Shown here piece by piece: positions 41,123 through 51,944 of a stretch of DNA of 64,000 nucleotides. The DNA is from a bacterium. GTDB lineage: Bacteria > Patescibacteriota > Microgenomatia > Levybacterales > UBA12049. How positions within the stretch are numbered: the stretch's first letter is position 1; each line of letters starts with the position of its first letter. The stretch spans positions 1,001 to 65,000 of the forward strand of contig JAJYDJ010000003.1 in NCBI GenBank assembly GCA_021777565.1, written 5' to 3'. The translations under genes and the position numbers were made by a program. Below the pieces are notes generated by a model. That model ran no database searches. It worked only from the letters and a program-made list of their open reading frames with translations, and had not been told where the DNA came from.

Positions 41123-41848
41123 ATGGCCGAACTTTATACAACACCCCTCTTCTCAGATGCGAACCTACAAGCATATTATCGATTAGAGGGAAATTCCAAT
41201 GATTCCAAGGGTTCAAATAATGGTACAGACACATCAATTACCTATAGCACATCGTATGGGAAATATGGCCAAGGAGCGAGTCTAAACGGATCATCATCGA
41301 AAATAACTCTTCCCTCTGCATCTGCACTAGAGCCAACAGGTTCCTTTACTGTGGCAGGATGGGTTAACCCAACCAATGGGGCGGCAGACTGTGGATTTCT
41401 TGAGTCTCTTTTTCAGTCAACTGTCCTCGCTGGCTTTTTGGTCGGCATGACAGGTGGGAATTTGCGCTGTCTTATTGGTAAAAACACTGGTTTAACTATA
41501 AATACGGACTATGTTGACGTTCATGGATCAAAAACTATTAACGATGGAAACTGGCATCATATAGCAGCTGTTTGGGATGGGACACATATCATCCTCTATG
41601 TTGATGGTGTGCAGGACTCAAGCTTCTCAAATAGCATTAACCCTGTATATAATGCAACGGTCTATTGTAAGATTGGCTGTCAGGGTGAAACTGGTACCGA
41701 TGCCCACTTCCTTAGTGGTGACATAGACGATTTGGCACTCTTTAACCGTGGTCTAACTGCAACAGAAGTAATGTCACTTTATAATAACTCACTACCCTTC
41801 TACTTAAATATAGTAAATCAGGCTATAGTTAGAGCGAGTAGGTGGTAA
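41123..41848 (+). CDS. LamG-like (concanavalin A-like lectin) domain protein, receptor-binding/tail fibre candidate
   Basis: GNWHHIAAVWDG...LYVDGV...DIDDLALFNRGLTATEVMSLYNN is the characteristic LamG_3 C-terminal signature. Confidence 0.55.
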   Translation: MAELYTTPLFSDANLQAYYRLEGNSNDSKGSNNGTDTSITYSTSYGKYGQGASLNGSSSKITLPSASALEPTGSFTVAGWVNPTNGAADCGFLESLFQSTVLAGFLVGMTGGNLRCLIGKNTGLTINTDYVDVHGSKTINDGNWHHIAAVWDGTHIILYVDGVQDSSFSNSINPVYNATVYCKIGCQGETGTDAHFLSGDIDDLALFNRGLTATEVMSLYNNSLPFYLNIVNQAIVRASRW

Positions 41849-42366
41849 GTATGGCGAGATTTGGAAGAACATATATAAAACCAATCATATTGAAAACAAA
41901 GATAGGAAGGGATTATCATGTCACAACGAGTGATGCCATTACGCCAGTAGAGACTATCCACAAAACGATTTCAAGAAAAATCTCTGATAGTGTTAGCCTT
42001 ACTGAGACAGTGAAAGCAATTAAGCTTTTCTTTGTTAATCTTACAGATCACCTATCTCTCATTGAAACGATAAAAAGGGCATCTACAAAGGCTATACGGG
42101 ATACGGTTACACTTTTAGAAACAGTAAAAACTACTCGAGGACTTTTTATGCGCATATCTGACTCGATAATATTCTCGGAGACAGTAACAAAACTTGTTCT
42201 AAAGCTAATCCTCATTAAAGAAAACATTACCTTATATGAGAAAGTCCGTGGGTGGCTCAATAACATCATGGTTTTCCCTTGGAGGGACAAATATACTTCT
42301 CAAGGGACAACATACTCTGATAAGTACCAGAAGCAAAATACTCAGTGGGAAGATAAATACCACTAA
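41842..42366 (+). CDS. Repeat-containing structural protein (S.TxSL.ETVK repeats)
   Basis: About 5 internal repeats of approximately ISDSVSLTETVKAIKLF. Confidence 0.4.
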   Translation: MVSMARFGRTYIKPIILKTKIGRDYHVTTSDAITPVETIHKTISRKISDSVSLTETVKAIKLFFVNLTDHLSLIETIKRASTKAIRDTVTLLETVKTTRGLFMRISDSIIFSETVTKLVLKLILIKENITLYEKVRGWLNNIMVFPWRDKYTSQGTTYSDKYQKQNTQWEDKYH

Positions 42367-42370
42367 TAAC

Positions 42371-42394
42371 ATGGGTATAAAAATTGTTGCTACG
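42371..42394 (+). promoter_or_regulatory. Conserved phage intergenic motif copy 6 (ATGGGTATAAAAATTGTTGCTACG)
   Basis: Exact core, with no TTGACA upstream. Confidence 0.45.
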
Positions 42395-42402
42395 CTTCGG
42401 GT

Positions 42403-44250
42403 ATGGCAAAGTCAAAAGGTGTCGTACAAAAAAATAGCCTGCCTAAAAATGCAGACCCAATCATCAAGTCATATACCCTAAATACCTTTATTGGTGGCCT
42501 CTCTGACTACGACGATAAAGGACAAAAGGGGGCTTTCAAAGGAGGCTCTGCAAACCTAAACATACGCCGGTCAACAGATAGCCTTTTTTGTCAATCTGCA
42601 CTCGTTGACGAGACACTACCTGTAGGGACAACACTCATTAACTTTATTGTTAATTGCTCAGACGGTAATGCATACGGTTTTGACGACTCAGGACACGTCT
42701 TAAAGCGCACTTCTGCAGGCGTATGGTCAATTGTCTATACAGACCCAAATGGAGCCATTCTAGGAGCTGCTGAGTGGTACGACTACGGTGGCGCTGCCAG
42801 TGGTGTTATAACTAGTAACAATACTAATGTCTCTGCTAATGACACGGTAACGATAGGCGGTCAGGTATATACCTTTGTCTCTGCTCTCACTGGCGCGTCA
42901 GGGCAGGTTCTTATCGGGACAAATGCTGATGCTTCACTGGCAAACTTAGCCTCAGCAATTAACAACAGTGCTACAGGCCTTGGCCAAGTATATACCGCAG
43001 GTACACCACAAAATGTCTATGTCAGTGCTGGAACGGAAAATTCGTCAAACCATACACTTACACTAACCGCACTAAAACCCGGAACTGCCGGCAATTCAGT
43101 CTCACTAGCAAAATCTGCAGTCACTCTGACGCTATCCGGCTCACTCTTGAGTGGTGGCATAGCAAGTCAAACATTCTTATATTGGGCTACTGCGACACAG
43201 CTAAATCGTAAATTAATTCCCGGTTCAACAACTGTCCCTTGGACTGATGTAAACGCCTCAGGACATGGTGGTGATCCGTGGCCAAAAACTACCCTCACAA
43301 GCGCATCATGGCATACCATGGCTCAGGCTCAGGGAGATTTAATGATTTGTAATGGTCATTATCTCGCAATGGTTGGGTATGACGACTCATATACAGACGA
43401 TGCGGTTGATTTAATCCAAGGAAACGTAGCAAAAACCGTCATAGAACGAGGCGATTATGCTATTGCTGGTACTGGGAAAGCAACATCTGAACAGAAGTCC
43501 TACTATTTTTCGTGGCAATCTGAGGCACTTAACTACATAAATAAAGGGAAAATCCCTACGGCAAGTATTAATGCAATGATAGACACTGAGGTACCTCTTA
43601 TACAGGCAGGAAGTGATGGCGATGTCTACTTTAGTGACTTTATCACTACCCTGCCGGCAATATCATTCCCTAACGGTGGTCAGGTAAACCCCGACGGCGT
43701 AGAAAATGATTCGGGGTATGCCCTTTTTGGCGTATATGGTAATGGGAACGGCTATTCTGGTGTATATAGCTATGGCAGAGATGATAAGAATGCGCCGTTT
43801 GTCTTGAATCTTGAGTATGGGCTAAATTGTGACGTTATTAGCTCTGTGAAGCTTGTTGGTACAGATCTTCTTATCTCATACAAAGTTGGATCTACCTATG
43901 GGGTAAAGAAAGTTGACCATACAAATTATGCAACCGCTACGTATAACAGTCTCGACCTGAAAGCACCAGTGAAACCACCGAGTGTCCCCACTCTTTGGAC
44001 AAAGGTCAAACTTAAAACCTCAAAATTGCCATCTGGTTGTACGATCACCTGCTACTATCGTACCGATAAGCAAGGGTCGTTCCAACAGGCATACATGGCA
44101 GGGAACGTCACCACATTTAACCTTACGAATGGAACCGAGGCTGTTTTTCTCATAGGAGCTATTGGTGAAATTTTTGAACTACAGTTAGTTCTCACCCCTA
44201 GTGGAGGAACTAGCCCTGAGGTTTACAAGGCAGAAATATTCTTTATCTAA
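42403..44250 (+). CDS. Large tail protein (fibre/spike candidate)
   Basis: 615 aa with low-complexity T/S/G/A/N-rich beta-like segments. Confidence 0.45.
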   Translation: MAKSKGVVQKNSLPKNADPIIKSYTLNTFIGGLSDYDDKGQKGAFKGGSANLNIRRSTDSLFCQSALVDETLPVGTTLINFIVNCSDGNAYGFDDSGHVLKRTSAGVWSIVYTDPNGAILGAAEWYDYGGAASGVITSNNTNVSANDTVTIGGQVYTFVSALTGASGQVLIGTNADASLANLASAINNSATGLGQVYTAGTPQNVYVSAGTENSSNHTLTLTALKPGTAGNSVSLAKSAVTLTLSGSLLSGGIASQTFLYWATATQLNRKLIPGSTTVPWTDVNASGHGGDPWPKTTLTSASWHTMAQAQGDLMICNGHYLAMVGYDDSYTDDAVDLIQGNVAKTVIERGDYAIAGTGKATSEQKSYYFSWQSEALNYINKGKIPTASINAMIDTEVPLIQAGSDGDVYFSDFITTLPAISFPNGGQVNPDGVENDSGYALFGVYGNGNGYSGVYSYGRDDKNAPFVLNLEYGLNCDVISSVKLVGTDLLISYKVGSTYGVKKVDHTNYATATYNSLDLKAPVKPPSVPTLWTKVKLKTSKLPSGCTITCYYRTDKQGSFQQAYMAGNVTTFNLTNGTEAVFLIGAIGEIFELQLVLTPSGGTSPEVYKAEIFFI

Positions 44251-44251
44251 T

Positions 44252-44743
44252 ATGACAACACTTTTCCCAGACACAATAATAGATCAGCCATTCCCTTCTG
44301 ACCAGACGACTATTGAGCAAGTGCAACCAGCAAGCGCTAGTCAAACACAACTCTCACCTACTGTGACGCCACCAAGATCATTCCCCGAGCCAGTTATCGC
44401 GCAACATACTATCGGTGATTCTTTGGATACACAATCACGAAGAATAAAAGGGACATTCAAGCTTGACAAATCTGGTGGTATACAAATCGGACAACAACAA
44501 AACGGTATATCTGGCGAGGTTGACATAACACCAAGTGGCATATCGGCTGTAAATGAGAATAACGAGACAACCTTCGCGATAGATGCTAATACAGGCGATG
44601 CGACATTCATGGGAAATTTGCAAGCAGGAAGCCTTATAGCCGGCGATAGCGACATTATTATTGGCAAGGGTAACAACGGTGGGGGAAGAATAGTTATTTT
44701 TAATAATGGTCTGCCATCAATCGTTATTGGCGACCCAAGCTAA
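44252..44743 (+). CDS. Hypothetical tail protein
   Basis: ATG at 44252 directly follows the previous stop. Confidence 0.4.
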   Translation: MTTLFPDTIIDQPFPSDQTTIEQVQPASASQTQLSPTVTPPRSFPEPVIAQHTIGDSLDTQSRRIKGTFKLDKSGGIQIGQQQNGISGEVDITPSGISAVNENNETTFAIDANTGDATFMGNLQAGSLIAGDSDIIIGKGNNGGGRIVIFNNGLPSIVIGDPS

Positions 44744-44744
44744 T

Positions 44745-45959
44745 ATGCAACTTGTCACAAATATTGCGCTTCCCGGATATAATGCTCAGACAGACACAAA
44801 CCCCGATCATTTCGCCGTCTATGCGAACGATGATAATGTACTTATCAAACGAAAACTCACGGGGACGGCTGTTATTGCAGACGGAAGCCCTACTATTTTA
44901 ACCGTTGCACATAATTTAGGTTATATACCCTTTTTTGTGGTTTATTACTATGACGAGAATAACATTGTGTGGTCAATTCTAGACAATCAATATGATCCGT
45001 TCTCTGTCCCTCAACAAATATGTGCGGTGGATACAAACAACCTTTATATTTATAACTTTGGGGGGCATCCATCAGGGCATGTGCAGGTTGCCTACGATAT
45101 ATTCTACGACAACATGAATGATAACACTGCCCCCGTGATAACGGAGAGTGACAAGGTCTATAAGGTCGCGCGACCGGGTGTAAACGCACTTACTTCAAAA
45201 AATCCAAACGATTATATTGTCCATTCCGACCTTAATAACATGAAGATACTCAAACAAGGTACTGGATCACTCACGATAAGCCCGGGGGGATTTACAGGCT
45301 CGACTTTCGCCCACGGCGCAGGTGTTATTGCGCCATATAAGTACTTCCTATTTATAAAATTCCCAGATGGAAAGACAATCCTAACCGGAAATGCCGGCTG
45401 TTTCTCCTACGATGAAACGTACGGGGCAATTTCAACCGCAATGGATGGCACAAACTTCTATTTTTATAATTTTGGCAGTTCAAGCGTGATGGTCTCTATT
45501 TCGTATGTCATCTATGGCACAGGGCAGTCTGGTATGATAACACCAAGCTCGTATGCTCTCGCTGTTGCAGCACCGGGGAAAAGCGTAATTGGAGAGACGA
45601 ACCCGGACAATTTTAATTTTCACTCATACTTTCCTACTCTCAAATACTTTACGTCTAATGTCTATTCTATGACTGTGAGTAATACTACAGTACAGGTAAT
45701 TCCTCATAATCTTGGCTACGTTCCTTTCTTTATTGGTTTTATTAATGATATTGGGACTATAATCACCAATGGCTATGCAGTATCCCCCTACTATCTTGGC
45801 CAGTCCACTATTGGGACACCTAATAAAGATATTGCGGCGTTTGTCTATGCAGACGCTACTAACCTATATCTCAAGGAATATTATCAAGCAAATGCTGTTG
45901 GGACAGTAAAAACATTCAACTTTTACTATAAAATATTCAAAAATAACCTAGGATTATAG
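44745..45959 (+). CDS. Tail fibre-like protein with internal duplication
   Basis: ATG at 44745. The motif HNLGYIPFFV recurs as HNLGYVPFFI, indicating a two-fold repeat. Confidence 0.4.
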   Translation: MQLVTNIALPGYNAQTDTNPDHFAVYANDDNVLIKRKLTGTAVIADGSPTILTVAHNLGYIPFFVVYYYDENNIVWSILDNQYDPFSVPQQICAVDTNNLYIYNFGGHPSGHVQVAYDIFYDNMNDNTAPVITESDKVYKVARPGVNALTSKNPNDYIVHSDLNNMKILKQGTGSLTISPGGFTGSTFAHGAGVIAPYKYFLFIKFPDGKTILTGNAGCFSYDETYGAISTAMDGTNFYFYNFGSSSVMVSISYVIYGTGQSGMITPSSYALAVAAPGKSVIGETNPDNFNFHSYFPTLKYFTSNVYSMTVSNTTVQVIPHNLGYVPFFIGFINDIGTIITNGYAVSPYYLGQSTIGTPNKDIAAFVYADATNLYLKEYYQANAVGTVKTFNFYYKIFKNNLGL

Positions 45960-45966
45960 CAAGGGC

Positions 45967-46737
45967 TTGCAGGATGAATTTTTTTGCTACTGTGTCCTCA
46001 TGAGTAGTACGTCATTTATCACGACATTTCAGGACATTATTGATGAGGTTCAAGCACGTTCTAATTCGACTAGTGTAAGTCCCCTTATTACCCCAACCAT
46101 TATTCAGAGGGAAATAAATAATTCCTACGCATGGGCAGGAAGACTTTTTAAGTGGCCTGCACTAAAGGCTGCCAAAACTACCAGTAGTAAAGCAGGAGTC
46201 CCAAATTATGACTACCCGCCCACTTTTCAGCCTGAAAGTATATTTCGCGTTGAGGTTGCAGGATTAGATGATCCTGTATATAGGCGTAAAGACTTTGAGG
46301 ACTATCTTGATTGGATTCAAAATAACCCAACAGACACCGACGAACAGATATTTGCGAACTACTGGACACAATTCTTCCTCTTTCCTGTACTAAACACTAA
46401 CGGCAGTAATGATATTAGCGTTTGGGGATACCAACAGGTTACACCGCTCGTGCTTACTACTGATACAACTATATTCTCAAATGTAGACCCTCTAGGTAAT
46501 GAGGCTATAGCCAAACAAGCACTCTCGATTTGTCAAGCAATAGCTGAGGGTAAAAATGTCGCCTTAGTTGAGAATGAGGAGGCGAAAGCTATTCTGTCTC
46601 TTATCTTTAGCAAAATTAGCGAGGACAAACAGAATGACCAACGACTTGACCATCCTATGTTTAGGATTCCAGACTATTTCGCTGGTGCAACACAAGCAAC
46701 AGAAAAAGGAGGCTTTAACATAGTCGTCAAAGATTAA
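45967..46737 (+). CDS. Hypothetical virion protein
   Basis: The track starts at TTG 45967. The first ATG is at 46000. Confidence 0.4.
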   Translation: MQDEFFCYCVLMSSTSFITTFQDIIDEVQARSNSTSVSPLITPTIIQREINNSYAWAGRLFKWPALKAAKTTSSKAGVPNYDYPPTFQPESIFRVEVAGLDDPVYRRKDFEDYLDWIQNNPTDTDEQIFANYWTQFFLFPVLNTNGSNDISVWGYQQVTPLVLTTDTTIFSNVDPLGNEAIAKQALSICQAIAEGKNVALVENEEAKAILSLIFSKISEDKQNDQRLDHPMFRIPDYFAGATQATEKGGFNIVVKD

Positions 46738-46739
46738 TT

Positions 46740-47867
46740 ATGGCAAAAGTACTATCTGGTAATACAATTCAACTCGATAATGGGCAAACCATACAGGCAA
46801 ATAATGGTGGATGGTATGATGCCCAACAATTTTTTAATGGCACCCTCTCTGACCCAGGTGTTATTAGCTCACAAAGCGACCAAGTCGGAGCAGGGCAGGC
46901 GGTGTCTGCTGATGTTATAGCGAAAACAAACCCAGATAACCTTACCTATGTCAACCAAAAAAGGCAAAATATGGGTCTTTCAGCGGTGCCACAAGCTAGT
47001 GCACCTAGTCCATCGTCACCATCAAATCCAAGTGGGACAACACCAAATATCTCTAGTCTCTTTAATCCAAATGGGAATAACGGGGGTCTTAATCTTCCAT
47101 CCCTGTACTCTACCCTGACTACACAGGCAGGGATACCAGATTTACAGACAAAGGCAGATGCAATTCAAGCTCAAATTGATACCCTTACCAAACAACAAGG
47201 AGATGCTATAAGCAATAATAATGAAAATCCATTCCTATCTGAGGCAAATAGGGTTGGGCGACAATCGAAGATAAATACAGATGCGCAAAATGAAATTGAT
47301 GCCCTTACTAACGAGAAGAACACTATACTAGGAGAGATTACGTCAAAAACAACTGACATAAATAATCAAGTCGGTCTTGCGACACAACAGTACAATATAA
47401 ACGATCAACAAAAGCAGGAGGCACTAGGCCAATTTAATACTCTCCTCTCAAGTGGACTCTTAGGTAGCCTATCGACTAGCGATATAGCCACAATCTCATC
47501 ATCGACAGGATTACCGACCTCGGTCATTCAGGAGGCAGTAACAAAATCTCAGGCAGCAGATGTTAATATACAAATGGTTACTACAGATCATGGGGTTACC
47601 CTCATTGATGCAAATACAGGAAATATTATACGAGATGTTACAATTCCTGGCGTCACAGGAGGTAGTACGACTCCAAAAGATACTACGACGACACAGAATG
47701 AGGCAGTAGGTCAGGTTATTAATGACTATCTATCCAATAAGGATCGCCAAGCTCAAATTTCACCAGAGGACTTAGTGAGAGAGCTGCTACTTCAATATCC
47801 TAACGCAGAAACATATATCAATAACAACTGGACGCCACAACAAATACGAGCAGTGTTGGGGAACTAA
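46740..47867 (+). CDS. Hypothetical virion protein with coiled-coil/Q-N-rich middle region
   Basis: 375 aa. Confidence 0.4.
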   Translation: MAKVLSGNTIQLDNGQTIQANNGGWYDAQQFFNGTLSDPGVISSQSDQVGAGQAVSADVIAKTNPDNLTYVNQKRQNMGLSAVPQASAPSPSSPSNPSGTTPNISSLFNPNGNNGGLNLPSLYSTLTTQAGIPDLQTKADAIQAQIDTLTKQQGDAISNNNENPFLSEANRVGRQSKINTDAQNEIDALTNEKNTILGEITSKTTDINNQVGLATQQYNINDQQKQEALGQFNTLLSSGLLGSLSTSDIATISSSTGLPTSVIQEAVTKSQAADVNIQMVTTDHGVTLIDANTGNIIRDVTIPGVTGGSTTPKDTTTTQNEAVGQVINDYLSNKDRQAQISPEDLVRELLLQYPNAETYINNNWTPQQIRAVLGN

Positions 47868-47873
47868 TATGTT

Positions 47874-49772
47874 ATGGATAATACTGTTGAATCATTCTAT
47901 GCAAACATAGGGTCTTCTCGAGGCCAGAGTGCGAATGGAGATGTTATTCAGGGTTTTTATTCACGAGTAAAACCTATCCCTGTTGCAGCCCCAAGGCAAA
48001 AACCTGCACAAAAGCCCAATTTTATACAGTCGGCAGAACAAAATATAGGGAACTTCTTTGGTAGTATAGGGAGAACGATTAAAAATGATCTTACTCCAAA
48101 CCCACTGAAAGGATTTAACCCCACTCAATCAGCAGATAAGTTGACCCCCACTACTTTACCAAGTGGGTTAAAGCTAGACTTCACCACTCCATCACAAACT
48201 CCCTCTGCAAAAATGCAGGTTACACCAAAGTCACTAAGGCAAGAAGCTCAGTCGGTAAAGAAAACTCAACAGTTGATGAAAAGTATAAATACCTCTGAAA
48301 CCGTTAAGGGGATAGATCAACTCGTGTCTGATCCTCTTTCCCTCAAATCTAACCCCAAAAAGGCTATCTCTGATGCTATGAGCGCGCTAAAAAGCGATAC
48401 CGCTCAGTGGCAGAAAGTAACAGACTTTTTCTCTTCTCTTAATACAAAACAAGCAACGTCAAAGAAGGTTGGGAAGGGATTACAAGCTGTGTCAGGTACG
48501 GCAGGAATAATTTTTTCTCCTATATCCGCGCTATTCTCAGGAGCAAACGATATTCCCGTCTTAGGATCAGTCTCGAGGCTCATTACCCTACCATTCACAG
48601 CCTCGGCAGAAGGATCAACTGCGCTGTCAAATAAGGTTATAGACTCGCTACCTATACCAAAAACAGTGAAAGATAACATAAAGCCGGGTGTGGGAGAAAT
48701 TTTTGCTCTTGCGGCACAATTATGGCTAGGGAGAATCACAGAAATAAGTGCTGTCAAAAAAGCTGATCTTATTAAGAAATATGGCGTGGATGATGCTAAT
48801 ACAATCGTAGAGAAGGCTCAAGAGTTGGCCACAGTAAAGAAGCAAAGACTTTTAGAAGCCCCTAAAATTGCAGGTTTCTTAGAAGCTAAAAATCCACAAT
48901 CAAGTATAGTTGGTGAAGGTTTTACTATGAGTGACACAGCGAGCAAACAAGCACTAGAAGTATCAAAGGCACAAAATGAATATCAAAAGGCACTACAGGA
49001 CTACAACAAAAACCCAACACCGGCGAAGCTAGACAAGTTGAGGCAGTTACGAGAGAGGATGTTTACCCCTACAGCTCCTAAGACGCAAACCGTAAAGGAT
49101 ATACTAAAGCCTGGTGAATATACACCTGCAGAAGTACGAAGGGCAGTTCTTAACTCCCCACTCAGAAATGACCCTGAGGCAAAGCAGATTATTCGTGAAA
49201 GTATAAAAGCGGAACAACAGGGGCAAAACATAAACGTATCTCATGGGAGTGCGACATCGAGTGTGGGTAAAACTATAGAGGCGAAGGCAATTGAAGATAA
49301 ATTGACACAGGGACTGGGTGATACGGCTAAGTATGAAGCGAGCACATTCAAAGAGCAGGCTCAAAAAGCAGCAGACCTTATAAATTCTGGTGTAGATAGT
49401 GCGAGAGCTGTTTTGCGAGGAGAAAAGCCACTCCCCGATGGACTAAGAGCATCATCACTTCTAGCGGCAATGCAAAAGTATATTGAAGATAACCCGAAAA
49501 ATGCACCAGATATACTACAAGAGATGGCAAACTCGCCTCTTATCGGAGATAACATATCTAAAGGTGCACAAGAGGTAAGTTTCTCTCGAATGATTGAAAA
49601 AGACTCGGCGACTGCGAAAATTCAAGACCTAAAGAAGTCAAGGATATATAGTGCTGGCGGAATCGACAAAGTGAGCAAACAAAAGTCGTCTCTCAAAAGT
49701 GCTATAAATAAGGTACATTTGTCTAAGGAGGATCTATCTTGGAACAACTTCCTTGATAGTATTAAGTGTTAG
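47874..49772 (+). CDS. Large virion protein (tape-measure/ejection-protein candidate)
   Basis: 632 aa, K/A/Q-rich with predicted long helices. Confidence 0.4.
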   Translation: MDNTVESFYANIGSSRGQSANGDVIQGFYSRVKPIPVAAPRQKPAQKPNFIQSAEQNIGNFFGSIGRTIKNDLTPNPLKGFNPTQSADKLTPTTLPSGLKLDFTTPSQTPSAKMQVTPKSLRQEAQSVKKTQQLMKSINTSETVKGIDQLVSDPLSLKSNPKKAISDAMSALKSDTAQWQKVTDFFSSLNTKQATSKKVGKGLQAVSGTAGIIFSPISALFSGANDIPVLGSVSRLITLPFTASAEGSTALSNKVIDSLPIPKTVKDNIKPGVGEIFALAAQLWLGRITEISAVKKADLIKKYGVDDANTIVEKAQELATVKKQRLLEAPKIAGFLEAKNPQSSIVGEGFTMSDTASKQALEVSKAQNEYQKALQDYNKNPTPAKLDKLRQLRERMFTPTAPKTQTVKDILKPGEYTPAEVRRAVLNSPLRNDPEAKQIIRESIKAEQQGQNINVSHGSATSSVGKTIEAKAIEDKLTQGLGDTAKYEASTFKEQAQKAADLINSGVDSARAVLRGEKPLPDGLRASSLLAAMQKYIEDNPKNAPDILQEMANSPLIGDNISKGAQEVSFSRMIEKDSATAKIQDLKKSRIYSAGGIDKVSKQKSSLKSAINKVHLSKEDLSWNNFLDSIKC

Positions 49773-49773
49773 T

Positions 49774-51939
49774 ATGGCTAATTTTTGTTTATTACCAGAT
49801 AAAGTGGAAGCCTTCAAGAAGGCATTAAAAGAGAAGGATATAAAAATTTCTGATCTTATTAACATGTCCACTGAAGAAAGGACTAAATTGCTCGAGCCGT
49901 ATGCAGGGGAAAACGCAAAAAATGTAAATACTCTTTTTGAGCAAAAACTTGTACTTAAAAATAGGGTTTTAGGTATCAAAAATTGGGCAAGTAAGTTAGG
50001 AGAGATAGGAAAATATAGCAAGGAAGGGAAAGCAGCATTTGAAAAAACACTACAAGATTACCAAAATATGCAAAAAGAGCGAATTTTCAATCCGGAAGAA
50101 AATCAGGCATTTCTTAATGATTTGGCAGATAAAAGACTAGGGACTCATGTCACGAAAGAAGAAGCGCAAAAAGTATTTGATCTTACGCAAAAAATGGACG
50201 CTGTAAAGAATGTCAATGCAAAAATGTCAGGCGTGAGTGACGAATACTTAAGATTAAGAGGAGAATTAAATAACTATATAGAATCACTCAAGCCTATTTC
50301 AGCGACGAAAGCAGTTGTTGGTGACATAAATACTTTAGCGAGAAATAATCTTTTGCTTAATCCAGCAACGCCAATCAAAACCACTATGGGGCAGATTGTT
50401 AACTCATCAATGGATTATTTTACAAGGAGAATAGGTACGTTATCCGCAAAGGGTCTTAACGATGATTTAGTAAAACAAGCAAATAGAGAAGCTTGGGATA
50501 CATTCAGAAAAACAGGAGACAATACAACTCTTATGTCATCTATTGATGACTCATCTAAGCTCGGAGAGAAACATAATTTTGAGGATACAAGAGGTACGGT
50601 TACAGGGAATAAAGTGTCAAAAGGTATAGAAGTACTAACGAGAAAAGCAGCAAAAATATCAAATAAGGTTGCCATCAATATTGAGCATAATATTTCTTTT
50701 ACAAAATTTTATCAAAAAGCCTTCTTTGATATGACAAACTTAATGTCATCAAGAATCGCAAAGGACGAAGGTTTAGTGGGGGAAATAGCAAAGCAGAGGG
50801 CAGCAGAGATATTTAAGGATGCAGCAAAAATTGAGCCACAGACAGAAGAAGGGAAGATGGTTAGAGCAGAGGCACAAAAACAAGGTGCGCGAATTACTAA
50901 TACTAACGATACTCTGATAGCAAATATCTCTCTCGCTGTTAAAAACGAGCTTAATAGATATGTCCCACATTTAGGAGATACGATTATTCCTATCGCAAAA
51001 ATACCTGCTAATGTACTGTGGAATGGTATTGAAAACTCAGGTGTTGGTATCCCCATTGGTATAAAGGATATAGCTCAAGGATTTAGAAAGATACAATCAG
51101 CAGACTTAGCAACTAAATACGAGGGTATGGGGCAATATGCTCGCGGGGTGCAAACTGTGGCAAGGACACTTGGTACTCTTGGAGCGGCAGCACTTATAGC
51201 GAACCAACTATCTAGCAGCGACTTCAGATCTGATAATTACGGTAGTCACTTTGTCAGAATTGGGGATATTTGGATAAATACAGAATATATTGCAGCTTTT
51301 AGTCCGGCTCTCGCTGGCATGATGATGGTTAAGCAAAAAGGGAAATCAGGGCAAAATATAACGGACACAGTAGCACAATATGTTGCAGGTTCAACAGAGG
51401 GAATAAAGAATACTGCGATTAGTGAAATAAACAGTATAGTAAACGCCATCACAAACCCTAGCTTCAAAAAGGGACTAGGCAAGTATCTAGGTGGTCTAAT
51501 AACAGGAAGACTAACTCCTACGTCTATCCAAAATCTAACAAAGGATAATTCTCCACAAAGACTATTTTTCGGAGCGACAGGTGTCCAAACAGATCAGCAG
51601 GTGAAACAGGCAGATCTGAATGCAAAAAATACCAAGGTTACTACAGAAGACTGGGCAACATCAAAAAGTAAAGAGTATGCACAATTTGTAAAGGTTAGGG
51701 GATCGACTGCGCTAAGTGATGCAAACAAAAAATATAACGCTGAGTTGTTAAGAAACCTGCCTAGACTTCAAAATAGTAAGGCATTCCAAGATTCGACACC
51801 AGAGCAACAGGCCGCAGATACAGCGAAATTAGAGACAGCTATAAAAACAAAAATATTTAGGAGTTATGGATTCAAGTACAAAGCTCTAAAACAGAGAAAG
51901 AACCTAACAATCCAACAAATAATCAATAGCTCTCAATAG
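49774..51939 (+). CDS. Large virion protein (tape-measure/ejection-protein candidate)
   Basis: ATG at 49774. About 722 aa with an N-terminal coiled coil and G/A-rich hydrophobic patches. Confidence 0.4.
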   Translation: MANFCLLPDKVEAFKKALKEKDIKISDLINMSTEERTKLLEPYAGENAKNVNTLFEQKLVLKNRVLGIKNWASKLGEIGKYSKEGKAAFEKTLQDYQNMQKERIFNPEENQAFLNDLADKRLGTHVTKEEAQKVFDLTQKMDAVKNVNAKMSGVSDEYLRLRGELNNYIESLKPISATKAVVGDINTLARNNLLLNPATPIKTTMGQIVNSSMDYFTRRIGTLSAKGLNDDLVKQANREAWDTFRKTGDNTTLMSSIDDSSKLGEKHNFEDTRGTVTGNKVSKGIEVLTRKAAKISNKVAINIEHNISFTKFYQKAFFDMTNLMSSRIAKDEGLVGEIAKQRAAEIFKDAAKIEPQTEEGKMVRAEAQKQGARITNTNDTLIANISLAVKNELNRYVPHLGDTIIPIAKIPANVLWNGIENSGVGIPIGIKDIAQGFRKIQSADLATKYEGMGQYARGVQTVARTLGTLGAAALIANQLSSSDFRSDNYGSHFVRIGDIWINTEYIAAFSPALAGMMMVKQKGKSGQNITDTVAQYVAGSTEGIKNTAISEINSIVNAITNPSFKKGLGKYLGGLITGRLTPTSIQNLTKDNSPQRLFFGATGVQTDQQVKQADLNAKNTKVTTEDWATSKSKEYAQFVKVRGSTALSDANKKYNAELLRNLPRLQNSKAFQDSTPEQQAADTAKLETAIKTKIFRSYGFKYKALKQRKNLTIQQIINSSQ

Positions 51940-51944
51940 AAATA

